Assembly: GCF_009914755.1 (NCBI RefSeq)
Contig: NC_060928.1
Reading direction: 5' to 3' (one strand)
DNA length: 64,000 bases
From: the human T2T-CHM13v2.0 reference genome, Homo sapiens
Positions 26,601 through 41,300 of the stretch are shown in pieces. The notes under the pieces are model-generated. The model was given only the letters and a program-made list of their open reading frames with translations. It searched no databases and was not told the origin of the DNA. Both the position numbers and the translations under genes were made by a program. Positions within the stretch are counted from its first letter, which is position 1, and each line of letters begins with the position of its first letter.

Positions 26601-28794
26601 AAAACTAGACAGAAGCATTCTCAGAAACTTGTTTGTGATGTGTGTATTCAACTAACAGAGTTGAACTTTTGTTTTTACAGAGCCGTTTTAAAACACTCTT
26701 TTTGTGGAATCAGAAAGTGGATATTCGGATGGCTCTGAGGATTTCGTTGGAAGCGGGATTACATATAACATCTAGAGAGAAGCATTCTCAGGAACTTCTT
26801 TGTGATGTTTGCATTGAAGTCACAGAATTGAACATTCACTTTGATAGAGCAGGTTTGAAACACTCATTCTGTAGTATCTGGAAGTGGACATTTCAAGCGC
26901 TTTCAGGCCTATGGTGAGAAAGGAAATATCTTCGAATAAAAACTAGACAGAAGCATCCTCAGAAAGTTATTTGTGATGTGTGTCCTCAACTAACAGAGTT
27001 GAAACTTTGTTTTGATACAGCATTTTGGAAACACTCTTTTTGTAGAATCTGCAGGTGGATATTTGGATAGCTTAGAGGGATTCGTTGGAAAGGGGATATC
27101 TTCATATAAAATCTAGACAGAAGCATTCTCAGAAACTTATTTGTGATGTGTGTCCTCAACTAACAGAGTTGAACCTTGGTTTTGATACAGCATTTTGGAA
27201 ACACTCCTTTTGTAGAATCTGCAGGTGGATATGTGGATAGCTCTGAAGATTTCGTTGGAAACGGGAATTTCTTCATATAAAATCAAACAGAAGCATTCTC
27301 AGAAACTTCTCAGTGATGTTTGCATTCAGCTCATGGAGTTGAACACTTCCTTTCATAGAGCCGGTTTGAAACACTCTTTCTGCACTACCTGGAAGAGGAC
27401 ATTTCGAGCGCTTTGAGTCCTATGGTGAAAAAGGAAATATCTTCTCATAAAAACCAGAAAGAAGCATTCTCAGAAACTTCTTTGTGTTGTGTGTACTCAT
27501 GTAACAGTGTTGAACCATCCTTTTGACAGAGCAGTTTTGAAACACTCTTTTTGTAGAATCTGCAAGTGGATATTTGGATAGCTTTGAGGATTTCGTTGGA
27601 AACGGGATGACATATAATATCTAGAGAGAAGCATTCTCAGGAACTTCTTTGTGATGTTTGCATTCAAGTCACAGAATTGAACATTCCCTTTCATAGAGCA
27701 GGTTTGAAACACTCTTTCTCTAGTATCTGGAAGTGGGCATTTCAAGCGCTTTCAGGCCTATGGAGAGAAAGGAAATACCTTCAAATAAAAACTAGACAGA
27801 AGCATTCTCAGAAACTTATTTGTGATGTGTGTCCTCAACTAACAGAGTTGAACCTTTGTTTTGATACAGCATTTTGGAAACACTCCTTTTGTAGAATCTG
27901 CAGGTGGATATTTGGATAACTTTGAAGATTTCGTTGGAAACCGGAATATCTTCATATAAAATCAAGACAGAAGCATTCTCGGAAACATCTCTGTGATGTT
28001 TGCATTCAACTCAGTAGAGTTGAACACTTCCTTTCATAGAGCAGGTTTGAAACACTCTTTCTGCACTACCTGGAAGCGGACATTTCGAGCGCTTTGAGGC
28101 CTATGGTGAAAAAGGAAATATCTTCTCATAAAAACCAGAAAGAAGCATTCTCAGAAACTTCTTTGTGTTGTGTGTACTCAAGTAACAGTGTTGAATCTTC
28201 CTTTTGACACAGCAGTTTTGAAACACTCTTTTGGTAGAATCTGCAAGTGGATATTTGGATAGCTTTGAGGATTTCGTTGGAAACGGGTTATCTTCATATA
28301 AAATCCAGACAGGAGCATTCTCAGAAACTTCTTTGTGCTGCATGTCCTCAATTCACAGAGCTGAACCTTTGTTTGGATACAGCATTTTGGAAACATTCCT
28401 TTAGTAGAATCTGCAAGTTGATATTTAGATAGCTTTGAAGATTTCGTTGGAAACGGGAATATCTTCATAGAAAATCTAGACGGAAGCATTCTCAGAAACT
28501 GCTTTGTGATGTTTGCATTCAAGTCACAGAGTTGAATATTCCCTTTTATAGAGTAGGTTTGAAACACTCTTTTGGCACTACCTGGAAGTGGATATTTCGA
28601 GCTCTTTGAGGCCTATGGTTAAAAGGAAATATCTTCCCATAAAAACTAGACAGAAGCCGTCTCAGAAACTTGTTTGTGATGTGTGTATTCAACTAACAGA
28701 GTTGAACATTTCTGTTACAGAGCAATTTTAAAACACTCTTTTTGTGGAATCTGAAAGTGGATAATTGGATAGCTTTGTGGATTTCGTTGGAAAC
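20625..28794 (+). repeat. 4085-bp (24-monomer) tandem duplication, copies 20625-24709 and 24710-28794
   Basis: Six private variants recur at exactly +4085: ~20779 TTTTAGG, ~20798 AAAGAAAAT, 20959 TTCTTTGG, 22684 TAACATC, 22881 AAAGTTA, 24111 GAATCTT. There is an m4/m18 hybrid junction at 24695-24709. Confidence 0.95.
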
Positions 28795-31700
28795 GGGATG
28801 ACGTATAAAATCTAGAGAGAAGCATTCTCAGGAACTTCTTTCTGATGTTTGCATTCAAGTCACAGAATTGAACATTCCTTTTCATAGTGCAGGTTTGAAA
28901 CACTCTTTCTGTAGTATCTGGAAGTGGACATTTCAAGCGCTTTCAGGCCTACGGGGAGAAAGGAAATATCTTCAAATAAAAACTAGACAGAAGGATTCTC
29001 AGAAACTTATTTGTGATGTGTGTCCTAAACGAACACAGTTGAACCTTTGTTTTGATACAGCATTTTGGAAACACTCCTTTTGTAGGATCTGCAGGTGGAT
29101 ATTTGGATAGATTTTAAGATTTCGTTGGAAACGGGAGTTTCTTCATAGAAACTCAAGACAGATGCATTCTCAGAAACATCTCTGTGATGTTTGCATTCCA
29201 CTCATAGAGTTGAAAACTTCCTTTCATAGAGCAGGTTTGAAACACTCTTTTTGTAATATTTGGAAGTGGACATTTGCAGCGCTTTGAGGCCTATGGTGAA
29301 AAAGGAAATATCTTCTCATAAAAACCAGAAACAAGCATTCTCAGAAACTTCTTTTTGATGTGTGTACTCAAGTAACAGAGTTGAACCTTCCTTTTGACAC
29401 AGCAGTTTTGAAACAATCTTTTTGTAGAATCTGCAAGTGGATATTTGGATAGCTTTGAGGATTTCGTTGGAAATGGGATATCTTCATATAAAATCTAGAC
29501 AGAAGCATTCTCAGAAACTTCTTTGTGCTGTATGTCCTCAATTAACAGAGTTGAACCATTGCTTGGATACAGCATTTTGGAAACATTCCTTGAGTAGAAT
29601 CTGCAAGTTGATATTTAGATAGATTTGAAGATTTCGTTGGAAAAGGGAATATCTCCATATAAAATCTAGAGGGAAGCATTCTCAGAAACTGCTTTGTGAT
29701 GTTTCCATTCAAGTCACAGAGTTGAATATTCCCTTTTATAGAGCACGTTTGAAACACTCTTTCTGCACTATCTGGAAGTGGACATTTCGAGCGCTTTGAG
29801 GCCTATGGTGAAAAAGGAAATATCTTCCCATAAAAATTAGACAGAAGCATTCTCAGAAACTTGTTTGTGATGTGTGTATTCAACTAACAGAGTTGAACTT
29901 TTGTTTTTACAGAGCCGTTTTAAAACACTCTTTTTGTGGAATCAGAAAGTGGATATTTGGATGGCTCTGAGGATTTCGTTGGAAGCGGGATTACATATAA
30001 AATCTAGAGAGAAGCATTCTCAGGAACTTCTTTGTGATGTTTGCATTGAAGTCACAGAATTGAACATTCACTTTGATAGAGCAGGTTTGAAACACTCATT
30101 CTGTAGTATCTGGAAGTGGACATTTCAAGCGCTTTCAGGCCTATGGTGAAAAAGGAAATATCTTCGAATAAAAACTAAACAGAAGCATCCTCAGAAACTT
30201 ATTTGTGATGTGTGTCCTCAACTAACAGAGTTGAAACTTTGTTTTGATACAGCATTTTGGAAACACTCTTTTTGTAGAATCTGCAGGTGGATATTTGGAT
30301 AGCTTAGAGGGATTCGTTGGAAAGGGGATATCTTCATATAAAATCTAGACAGAAGCATTCTCAGAAACTTATTTGTGATGTGTGTCCTCAACTAACAGAG
30401 TTGAACCTTGGTTTTGATACAGCATTTTGGAAACACTCCTTTTGTAGAATCTGCAGGTGGATATGTGGATAGCTCTGAAGATTTCGTTGGAAACGGGAAT
30501 TTCTTCATATAAAATCAAACAGAAGCATTCTCAGAAACTTCTCAGTGATGTTTGCATTCAGCTCATGGAGTTGAACACTTCCTTTCATAGAGCCGGTTTG
30601 AAACACTCTTTCTGCACTACCTGGAAGAGGACATTTCGAGCGCTTTGAGTCCTATGGTGAAAAAGGAAATATCTTCTCATAAAAACCAGAAAGAAGCATT
30701 CTCAGAAACTTCTTTGTGTTGTGTGTACTCATGTAACAGTGTTGAACCATCCTTTTGACAGAGCAGTTTTGAAACACTCTTTTTGTAGAATCTGCAAGTG
30801 GATATTTGGATAGCTTTGAGGATTTCGTTGGAAACGGGATGACATATAATATCTAGAGAGAAGCATTCTCAGGAACTTCTTTGTGATGTTTGCATTCAAG
30901 TCACAGAATTGAACATTCCCTTTCATAGAGCAGGTTTGAAACACTCTTTCTCTAGTATCTGGAAGTGGGCATTTCAAGCGCTTTCAGGCCTATGGAGAGA
31001 AAGGAAATACCTTCAAATAAAAACTAGACAGAAGCATTCTCAGAAACTTATTTGTGATGTGTGTCCTCAACTAACAGAGTTGAACCTTTGTTTTGATACA
31101 GCATTTTGGAAACACTCCTTTTGTAGAATCTGCAGGTGGATATTTGGATAACTTTGAAGATTTCGTTGGAAACCGGAATATCTTCATATAAAATCAAGAC
31201 AGAAGCATTCTCGGAAACATCTCTGTGATGTTTGCATTCAACTCAGTAGAGTTGAACACTTCCTTTCATAGAGCCGGTTTGAAACACTCTTTCTGCACTA
31301 CCTGGAAGCGGACATTTCGAGCGCTTTGAGGCCTATGGTGAAAAAGGAAATATCTTCTCATAAAAACCAGAAAGAAGCATTCTCAGAAACTTCTTTGTGT
31401 TGTGTGTACTCAAGTAACAGTGTTGAACCTTCCTTTTGACACAGCAGTTTTGAAACACTCTTTTGGTAGAATCTGCAAGTGGATATTTGGATAGCTTTGA
31501 GGATTTCGTTGGAAACGGGTTATCTTCATATAAAATCCAGACAGGAGCATTCTCAGAAACTTCTTTGTGCTGCATGTCCTCAATTCACAGAGCTGAACCT
31601 TTGTTTGGATACAGCATTTTGGAAACATTCCTTTAGTAGAATCTGCAAGTTGATATTTAGATAGCTTTGAAGATTTCATTGGAAACGGGAATATCTTCAT

Positions 31701-34700
31701 AGAAAATCTAGACGGAAGCATTCTCAGAAACTGCTTTGTGATGTTTGCATTCAAGTCACAGAGTTGAATATTCCCTTTTATAGAGTAGGTTTGAAACACT
31801 CTTCTGGCACTACCTGGAAGTGGATATTTCGAGCTCTTTGAGGCCTATGGTTAAAAGGAAATATCTTCCCATAAAAACTAGACAGAAGCCGTCTCAGAAA
31901 CTTGTTTGTGATGTGTGTATTCAACTAACAGAGTTGAACATTTCTGTTACAGAGCAATTTTAAAACACTCTTTTTGTGGAATCTGAAAGTGGATAATTGG
32001 ATAGCTTTGTGGATTTCGTTGGAAACGGGATGACGTATAAAATCTAGAGAGAAGCATTCTCAGGAACTTCTTTCTGATGTTTGCATTCAAGTCACAGAAT
32101 TGAACATTCCTTTTCATAGTGCAGGTTTGAAACACTCTTTCTGTAGTATCTGGAAGTGGACATTTCAAGCGCTTTCAGGCCTACGGGGAGAAAGGAAATA
32201 TCTTCAAATAAAAACTAGACAGAAGGATTCTCAGAAACTTATTTGTGATGTGTGTCCTAAACGAACACAGTTGAACCTTTGTTTTGATACAGCATTTTGG
32301 AAACACTCCTTTTGTAGGATCTGCAGGTGGATATTTGGATAGATTTTAAGATTTCGTTGGAAACGGGAGTTTCTTCATAGAAACTCAAGACAGATGCATT
32401 CTCAGAAACATCTCTGTGATGTTTGCATTCCACTCATAGAGTTGAAAACTTCCTTTCATAGAGCAGGTTTGAAACACTCTTTTTGTAATATTTGGAAGTG
32501 GACATATGCAGCGCTTTGAGGCCTATGGTGAAAAAGGAAATATCTTCTCATAAAAACCAGTAACAAGCATTCTCAGAAACTTCTTTTTGATGTGTGTACT
32601 CAAGTAACAGAGTTGAACCTTCCTTTTGACACAGCAGTTTTGAAACAATCTTTTTGTAGAATCTGCAAGTGGATATTTGGATAGCTTTGAGGATTTCGTT
32701 GGAAACGGGATATCTTCATATAAAATCTAGACAGAAGCATTCTCAGAAACTTCTTTGTGCTGTATGTCCTCAATTAACAGAGTTGAACCATTGCTTGGAT
32801 ACAGCATTTTGGAAACATTCCTTGAGTAGAATCTGCAAGTTGATATTTAGATAGATTTGAAGATTTCGTTGGAAAAGGGAATATCTCCATATAAAATCTA
32901 GAGGGAAGCATTCTCAGAAACTGCTTTGTGATGTTTCCATTCAAGTCACGGAGTTGAATATTCCCTTTTATAGAGCACGTTTGAAACACTCTTTCTGCAC
33001 TATCTGGAAGTGGACATTTCGAGCGCTTTGAGGCCTATGGTGAAAAAGGAAATATCTTCCCATAAAAACTAGACAGAAGCATTCTCAGAAACTTGTTTGT
33101 GATGTGTGTATTCAACTAACAGAGTTGAACTTTTGTTTTTACAGAGCCGTTTTAAAACACTCTTTTTGTGGAATCAGAAAGTGGATATTCGGATGGCTCT
33201 GAGGATTTCGTTGGAAGCGGGATTACATATAAAATCTAGAGAGAAGCATTCTCAGGAACTTCTTTGTGATGTTTGCATTGAAGTCACAGAATTGAACATT
33301 CACTTTGATAGAGTAGGTTTGAAACACTCATTCTGTAGTATCTGGAAGTGGACATTTCAAGCGCTTTCAGGCCTACGGTGAGAAAGGAAATATCTTCGAA
33401 TAAAAACTAGACAGAAGCATCCTCAGAAACTTATTTGTGATGTGTGTCCTCAACTAACAGAGTTGAAACTTTGTTTTGATACAGCATTTTGGAAACACTC
33501 TTTTTGTAGAATCTGCAGGTGGATATTTGGATAGCTTAGAGGGATTCGTTGGAAAGGGGATATCTTCATATAAAATCTAGACAGAAGCATTCTCAGAAAC
33601 TTATTTGTGATGTGTGTCCTCAACTAACAGAGTTGAACCTTGGTTTTGATACAGCATTTTGGAAACACTCCTTTTGTAGAATCTGCAGGTGGATATGTGG
33701 ATAGCTCTGAAGATTTCGTTGGAAACGGGAATTTCTTCATATAAAATCAAACAGAAGCATTCTCAGAAACTTCTCAGTGATGTTTGCATTCAGCTCATGG
33801 AGTTGAACACTTCCTTTCATAGAGCCGGTTTGAAACACTCTTTCTGCACTACCTGGAAGAGGACATTTCGAGCGCTTTGAGTCCTATGGTGAAAAAGGAA
33901 ATATCTTCTCATAAAAACCAGAAAGAAGCATTCTCAGAAACTTCTTTGTGTTGTGTGTACTCATGTAACAGTGTTGAACCATCCTTTTGACAGAGCAGTT
34001 TTGAAACACTCTTTTTGTAGAATCTGCAAGTGGATATTTGGATAGCTTTGAGGATTTCGTTGGAAACGGGATGACATATAATATCTAGAGAGAAGCATAC
34101 TCAGGAACTTCTTTGTGATGTTTGCATTCAAGTCACAGAATTGAACATTCCCTTTCATAGAGCAGGTTTGAAACACTCTTTCTCTAGTATCTGGAAGTGG
34201 GCATTTCAAGCGCTTTCAGGCCTATGGAGAGAAAGGAAATACCTTCAAATAAAAACTAGACAGAAGCATTCTCAGAAACTTATTTGTGATGTGTGTCCTC
34301 AACTAACAGAGTTGAACCTTTGTTTTGATACAGCATTTTGGAAACACTCCTTTTGTAGAATCTGCAGGTGGATATTTGGATAACTTTGAAGATTTCGTTG
34401 GAAACCGGAATATCTTCATATAAAATCAAGACAGAAGCATTCTCGGAAACATCTCTGTGATGTTTGCATTCAACTCAGTAGAGTTGAACACTTCCTTTCA
34501 TAGAGCAGGTTTGAAACACTCTTTCTGCACTACCTGGAAGCGGACATTTCGAGCGCTTTGAGGCCTATGGTGAAAAAGGAAATATCTTCTCATAAAAACC
34601 AGAAAGAAGCATTCTCAGAAACTTCTTTGTGTTGTGTGTACTCAAGTAACAGTGTTGAACCTTCCTTTTGACACAGCAGTTTTGAAACACTCTTTTGGTA

Positions 34701-36337
34701 GAATCTGCAAGTGGATATTTGGATAGCTTTGAGGATTTCGTTGGAAACGGGTTATCTTCATATAAAATCCAGACAGGAGCATTCTCAGAAACTTCTTTGT
34801 GCTGCATGTCCTCAATTCACAGAGCTGAACCTTTGTTTGGATACAGCATTTTGGAAACATTCCTTTAGTAGAATCTGCAAGTTGATATTTAGATAGCTTT
34901 GAAGATTTCGTTGGAAACGGGAATATCTTCATAGAAAATCTAGACGGAAGCATTCTCAGAAACTGCTTTGTGATGTTTGCATTCAAGTCACAGAGTTGAA
35001 TATTCCCTTTAATAGAGTAGGTTTGAAACACTCTTCTGGCACTACCTGGAAGTGGATATTTCGAGCTCTTTGAGGCCTATGGTTAAAAGGAAATATCTTC
35101 CCATAAAAACTAGACAGAAGCCGTCTCACAAACTTGTTTGTGATGTGTGTATTCAACTAACAGAGTTGAACATTTCTGTTACAGAGCAATTTTAAAACAC
35201 TCTTTTTGTGGAATCTGAAAGTGGATAATTGGATAGCTTTGTGGATTTCGTTGGAAACGGGATGACGTATAAAATCTAGAGAGAAGCATTCTCAGGAACT
35301 TCTTTCTGATGTTTGCATTCAAGTCACAGAATTGAACATTCCTTTTCAGAGTGCAGGTTTGAAACACTCTTTCTGTAGTATCTGGAAGTGGACATTTCAA
35401 GCGCTTTCAGGCCTACGGGGAGAAAGGAAATATCTTCAAATAAAAACTAGACAGAAGGATTCTCAGAAACTTATTTGTGATGTGTGTCCTAAACGAACAC
35501 AGTTGAACCTTTGTTTTGATACAGCATTTTGGAAACACTCCTTTTGTAGGATCTGCAGGTGGATATTTGGATAGATTTTAAGATTTCGTTGGAAACGGGA
35601 GTTTCTTCATAGAAACTCAAGACAGATGCATTCTCAGAAACATCTCTGTGATGTTTGCATTCCACTCATACAGTTGAAAACTTCCTTTCATAGAGCAGGT
35701 TTGAAACACTCTTTTTGTAATATTTGGAAGTGGACATTTGCAGCGCTTTGAGGCCTATGGTGAAAAAGGAAATATCTTCTCATAAAAACCAGAAACAAGC
35801 ATTCTCAGAAACTTCTTTTTGATGTGTGTACTCAAGTAACAGAGTTGAACCTTCCTTTTGACACAGCAGTTTTGAAACAATCTTTTTGTAGAATCTGCAA
35901 GTGGATATTTGGATAGCTTTGAGGATTTCGTTGGAAACGGTATATCTTCATATAAAATCTAGACAGAAGCATTCTCAGAAACTTCTTTGTGCTGTATGTC
36001 CTCAATTAACAGAGTTGAACCATTGCTTGGATACAGCATTTTGGAAACATTCCTTGAGTAGAATCTGCAAGTTGATATTTAGATAGATTTGAAGATTTCG
36101 TTGGAAAAGGGAATATCTCCATATAAAATCTAGAGGGAAGCATTCTCAGAAACTGCTTTGTGATGTTTCCATTCAAGTCACAGAGTTGAATATTCCCTTT
36201 TATAGAGCACGTTTGAAACACTCTTTCTGCACTATCTGGAAGTGGACATTTCGAGCGCTTTGAGGCCTATGGTGAAAAAGGAAATATCTTCCCATAAAAA
36301 CTAGACAGAAGCATTCTCAGAAACTTGTTTGTGATGT

Positions 36338-38378
36338 TTGTATTCAACTAACAGAGTTGAACTTTTGTTTTTACAGAGCCGTTTTAAAACACTCTTTTTG
36401 TGGAATCAGAAAGTGGATATTCGGATGGCTCTGAGGATTTCGTTGGAAGCGGGATTACATATAAAATCTAGAGAGAAGCATTCTCAGGAACTTCTTTGTG
36501 ATGTTTGCATTGAAGTCACAGAATTGAACATTCACTTTGATAGAGCAGGTTTGAAACACTCATTCTGTAGTATCTGGAAGTGGACATTTCAAGCGCTTTC
36601 AGGCCTATGGTGAGAAAGGAAATATCTTCGAATAAAAACTAGACAGAAGCATCCTCAGAAACTTATTTGTGATGTGTGTCCTCAACTAACAGAGTTGAAA
36701 CTTTGTTTTGATACAGCATTTTGGAAACACTCTTTTTGTAGAATCTGCAGGTGGATATTTGGATAGCTTAGAGGGATTCGTTGGAAAGGGGATATCTTCA
36801 TATAAAATCTAGACAGAAGCATTCTCAGAAACTTATTTGTGATGTGTGTCCTCAACTAACAGAGTTGAACCTTGGTTTTGATACAGCATTTTGGAAACAC
36901 TCCTTTTGTAGAATCTGCAGGTGGATATGTGGATAGCTCTGAAGATTTCGTTGGAAACGGGAATTTCTTCATATAAAATCAAACAGAAGCATTCTCAGAA
37001 ACTTCTCAGTGATGTTTGCATTCAGCTCATGGAGTTGAACACTTCCTTTCATAGAGCCGGTTTGAAACACTCTTTCTGCACTACCTGGAAGAGGACATTT
37101 CGAGCGCTTTGAGTCCTATGGTGAAAAAGGAAATATCTTCTCATAAAAACCAGAAAGAAGCATTCTCAGAAACTTCTTTGTGTTGTGTGTACTCATGTAA
37201 CAGTGTTGAACCATCCTTTTGACAGAGCAGTTTTGAAACACTCTTTTTGTAGAATCTGCAAGTGGATATCTGGATAGCTTTGAGGATTTCGTTGGAAACG
37301 GGATGACATATAATATCTAGAGAGAAGCATTCTCAGGAACTTCTTTGTGATGTTTGCATTCAAGTCACAGAATTGAACATTCCCTTTCATAGAGCAGGTT
37401 TGAAACACTCTTTCTCTAGTATCTGGAAGTGGGCATTTGAAGCGCTTTCAGGCCTATGGAGAGAAAGGAAATACCTTCAAATAAAAACTAGACAGAAGCA
37501 TTCTCAGAAACTTATTTGTGATGTGTGTCCTCAACTAACAGAGTTGAACCTTTGTTTTGATACAGCATTTTGGAAACACTCCTTTTGTAGAATCTGCAGG
37601 TGGATATTTGGATAACTTTGAAGATTTCGTTGGAAACCGGAATATCTTCATATAAAATCAAGACAGAAGCATTCTCGGAAACATCTCTGTGATGTTTACA
37701 TTCCACTCATAGAGTTGAAAACTTCCTTTCATAGAGCAGGTTTGAAACACTCTTTTTGTAATATTTGGAATTGGACATTTGCAGCGCTTTGAGGCCTATG
37801 GTGAAAAAGGAAATATCTTCTCATAAAAACCAGAAACAAGCATTCTCAGAAACTTCTTTTTGATGTGTGTACTCAAGTAACAGAGTTGAACCTTCCTTTT
37901 GACACAGCAGTTTTGAAACAATCTTTTTGTAGAATCTGCAAGTGGATATTTGGATAGCTTTGAGGATTTCGTTGGAAACGGGATATCTTCATATAAAATC
38001 TAGACAGAAGCATTCTCAGAAACTTCTTTGTGCTGTATGTCCTCAATTAACAGAGTTGAACCATTGCTTGGATACAGCATTTTGGAAACATTCCTTGAGT
38101 AGAATCTGCAAGTTGATATTTAGATAGATTTGAAGATTTCGTTGGAAAAGGGAATATCTCCATATAAAATCTAGAGGGAAGCATTCTCAGAAACTGCTTT
38201 GTGATGTTTCCATTCAAGTCACAGAGTTGAATATTCCCTTTTATAGAGCACGTTTGAAACACTCTTTCTGCACTATCTGGAAGTGGACATTTCGAGCGCT
38301 TTGAGGCCTATGGTGAAAAAGGAAATATCTTCCCATAAAAACTAGACAGAAGCATTCTCAGAAACTTGTTTGTGATGT
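36338..38378 (+). repeat. 12-mer variant unit (2041 bp), m19/m7 hybrid junction at ~37678-37703
   Basis: Marker spacing is 2041. The junction is identical to that at 12180, including GTTTACATT. Confidence 0.93.
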
Positions 38379-41300
38379 GTGTATTCAACTAACAGAGTTG
38401 AACTTTTGTTTTTACAGAGCCGTTTTAAAACACTCTTTTTGTGGAATCAGAAAGTGGATATTCGGATGGCTCTGAGGATTTCGTTGGAAGCGGGATTACA
38501 TATAAAATCTAGAGAGAAGCATTCTCAGGAACTTCCTTGTGATGTTTGCATTGAAGTCACAGAATTGAACATTCACTTTGATAGAGCAGGTTTGAAACAC
38601 TCATTCTGTAGTATCTGGAAGTGGACATTTCAATCGCTTTCAGGCCTATGGTGAGAAAGGAAATATCTTCGAATAAAAACTAGACAGAAGCATCCTCAGA
38701 AACTTATTTGTGATGTGTGTCCTCAACTAACAGAGTTGAAACTTTGTTTTGATACAGCATTTTGGAAACACTCTTTTTGTAGAATCTGCAGGTGGATATT
38801 TGGATAGCTTAGAGGGATTCGTTGGAAAGGGGATATCTTCATATAAAATCTAGACAGAAGCATTCTCAGAAACTTATTTGTGATGTGTGTCCTCAACTAA
38901 CAGAGTTGAACCTTGGTTTTGATACAGCATTTTGGAAACACTCCTTTTGTAGAATCTGCAGGTGGATATGTGGATAGCTCTGAAGATTTCGTTGGAAACG
39001 GGAATTTCTTCATATAAAATCAAACAGAAGCATTCTCAGAAACTTCTCAGTGATGTTTGCATTCAGCTCATGGAGTTGAACACTTCCTTTCATAGAGCCG
39101 GTTTGAAACACTCTTTCTGCACTACCTGGAAGAGGACATTTCGAGCGCTTTGAGTCCTATGGTGAAAAAGGAAATATCTTCTCATAAAAACCAGAAAGAA
39201 GCATTCTCAGAAACTTCTTTGTGTTGTGTGTACTCATGTAACACTGTTGAACCATCCTTTTGACAGAGCAGTTTTGAAACACTCTTTTTGTAGAATCTGC
39301 AAGTGGATATTTGGATAGCTTTGAGGATTTCGTTGGAAACGGGATGACATATAATATCTAGAGAGAAGCATTCTCAGGAACTTCTTTGTGATGTTTGCAT
39401 TCAAGTCACAGAATTGAACATTCTCTTTCATAGAGCAGGTTTGAAACACTCTTTCTCTAGTATCTGGAAGTGGGCATTTGAAGCGCTTTCAGGCCTATGG
39501 AGAGAAAGGAAATACCTTCAAATAAAAACTAGACAGAAGCATTCTCAGAAACTTATTTGTGATGTGTGTCCTCAACTAACAGAGTTGAACCTTTGTTTTG
39601 ATACAGCATTTTGGAAACACTCCTTTTGTAGAATCTGCAGGTGGATATTTGGATAAATTTGAAGATTTCGTTGGAAACCGGAATATCCTCATATGAAATC
39701 AAGACAGAAGCATTCTCGGAAACATCTCTGTGATGTTTGCATTCAACTCAGTAGAGTTGAACACTTCCTTTCATAGAGCAGGTTTGAAACACTCTTTCTG
39801 CACTACCTGGAAGCGGACATTTCGAGCGCTTTGAGGCCTATGGTGAAAAAGGAAATATCTTCTCATAAAAACCAGAAAGAAGCATTCTCAGAAACTTCTT
39901 TGTGTTGTGTGTACTCAAGTAACAGTGTTGAACCTTCCTTTTGACAGAGCAGTTTTGAAACACTCTTTTGGTAGAATCTGCAAGTGGATATTTGGATAGC
40001 TTTGAGGATTTCGTTGGAAACGGGTTATCTTCATATAAAATCCAGACAGGAGCATTCTCAGAAACTTCTTTGTGCTGTATGTCCTCAATTCACAGAGCTG
40101 AACCTTTGTTTGGATACAGCATTTTGGAGACATTCCTTTAGTAGAATCTGCAAGTTGATATTTAGATAGCTTTGAAGATTTCGTTGGAAACGGGAATATC
40201 TTCATAGAAAATCTAGACGGAAGCATTCTCAGAAACTGCTTTGTGATGTTTGCATTCAAGTCACAGAGTTGAATATTCCCTTTTATAGAGTAGGTTTGAA
40301 ACACTCTTTCGGCACTACCTGGAAGTGGAGATTTCGAGCTCTTTGAGGCCTATGGTTAAAAGGAAATATCTTCCCATAAAAACTAGACAGAAGCCGTCTC
40401 AGAAACTTGTTTGTGATGTGTGTATTCAACTACCAGAGTTGAACATTTCTGTTACAGAGCAATTTTAAAACACTCTTTTTGTGGAATCTGAAAGTGGATA
40501 ATTGGATAGCTTTGTGGATTTCGTTGGAAACGGGATGACGTATAAAATCTAGAGAGAAGCATTTTCAGGAACTTCTTTCTGATGTTTGCATTCAAGTCAC
40601 AGAATTGAACATTCCTTTTCATAGTGCAGGTTTGAAACACTCTTTCTGTAGTATCTGGAAGTGGACATTTCAAGCGCTTTCAGGCCTACGGGGAGAAAAG
40701 AAATATCTTCAAATAAAAACTAGACAGAAGGATTCTCAGAAACTTATTTGTGATGTGTGTCCTAAACGAACACAGTTGAACCTTTGTTTTGATACAGCAT
40801 TTTGGAAACACTCCTTTTGTAGAATCTGCAGGTGGATATTTGGATAAATTTGAAGATTTCGTTGGAAACCGGAATATCTTCATATAAAATCAAGACAGAA
40901 GCATTCTCGGAAACATCTCTGTGATGTTTACATTCCACTCATAGAGTTGAAAACTTCCTTTCATAGAGCAGGTTTGAAACACTCTTTTTGTAATATTTGG
41001 AAGTGGACATTTGCAGCGCTTTGAGGCCTATGGTGAAAAAGGAAATATCTTCTCATAAAAACCAGAAACAAGCATTCTCAGAAACTTCTTTTTGATGTGT
41101 GTACTCAAGTAACAGAGTTGAACCTTCCTTTTGACACAGCAGTTTTGAAACAATCTTTTTGTAGAATCTGCAAGTGGATATTTGGATAGCTTTGAGGATT
41201 TCGTTGGAAACGGGATATCTTCATATAAAATCTAGACAGAAGCATTCTCAGAAACTTCTTTGTGCTGTATGTCCTCAATTAACAGAGTTGAACCATTGCT

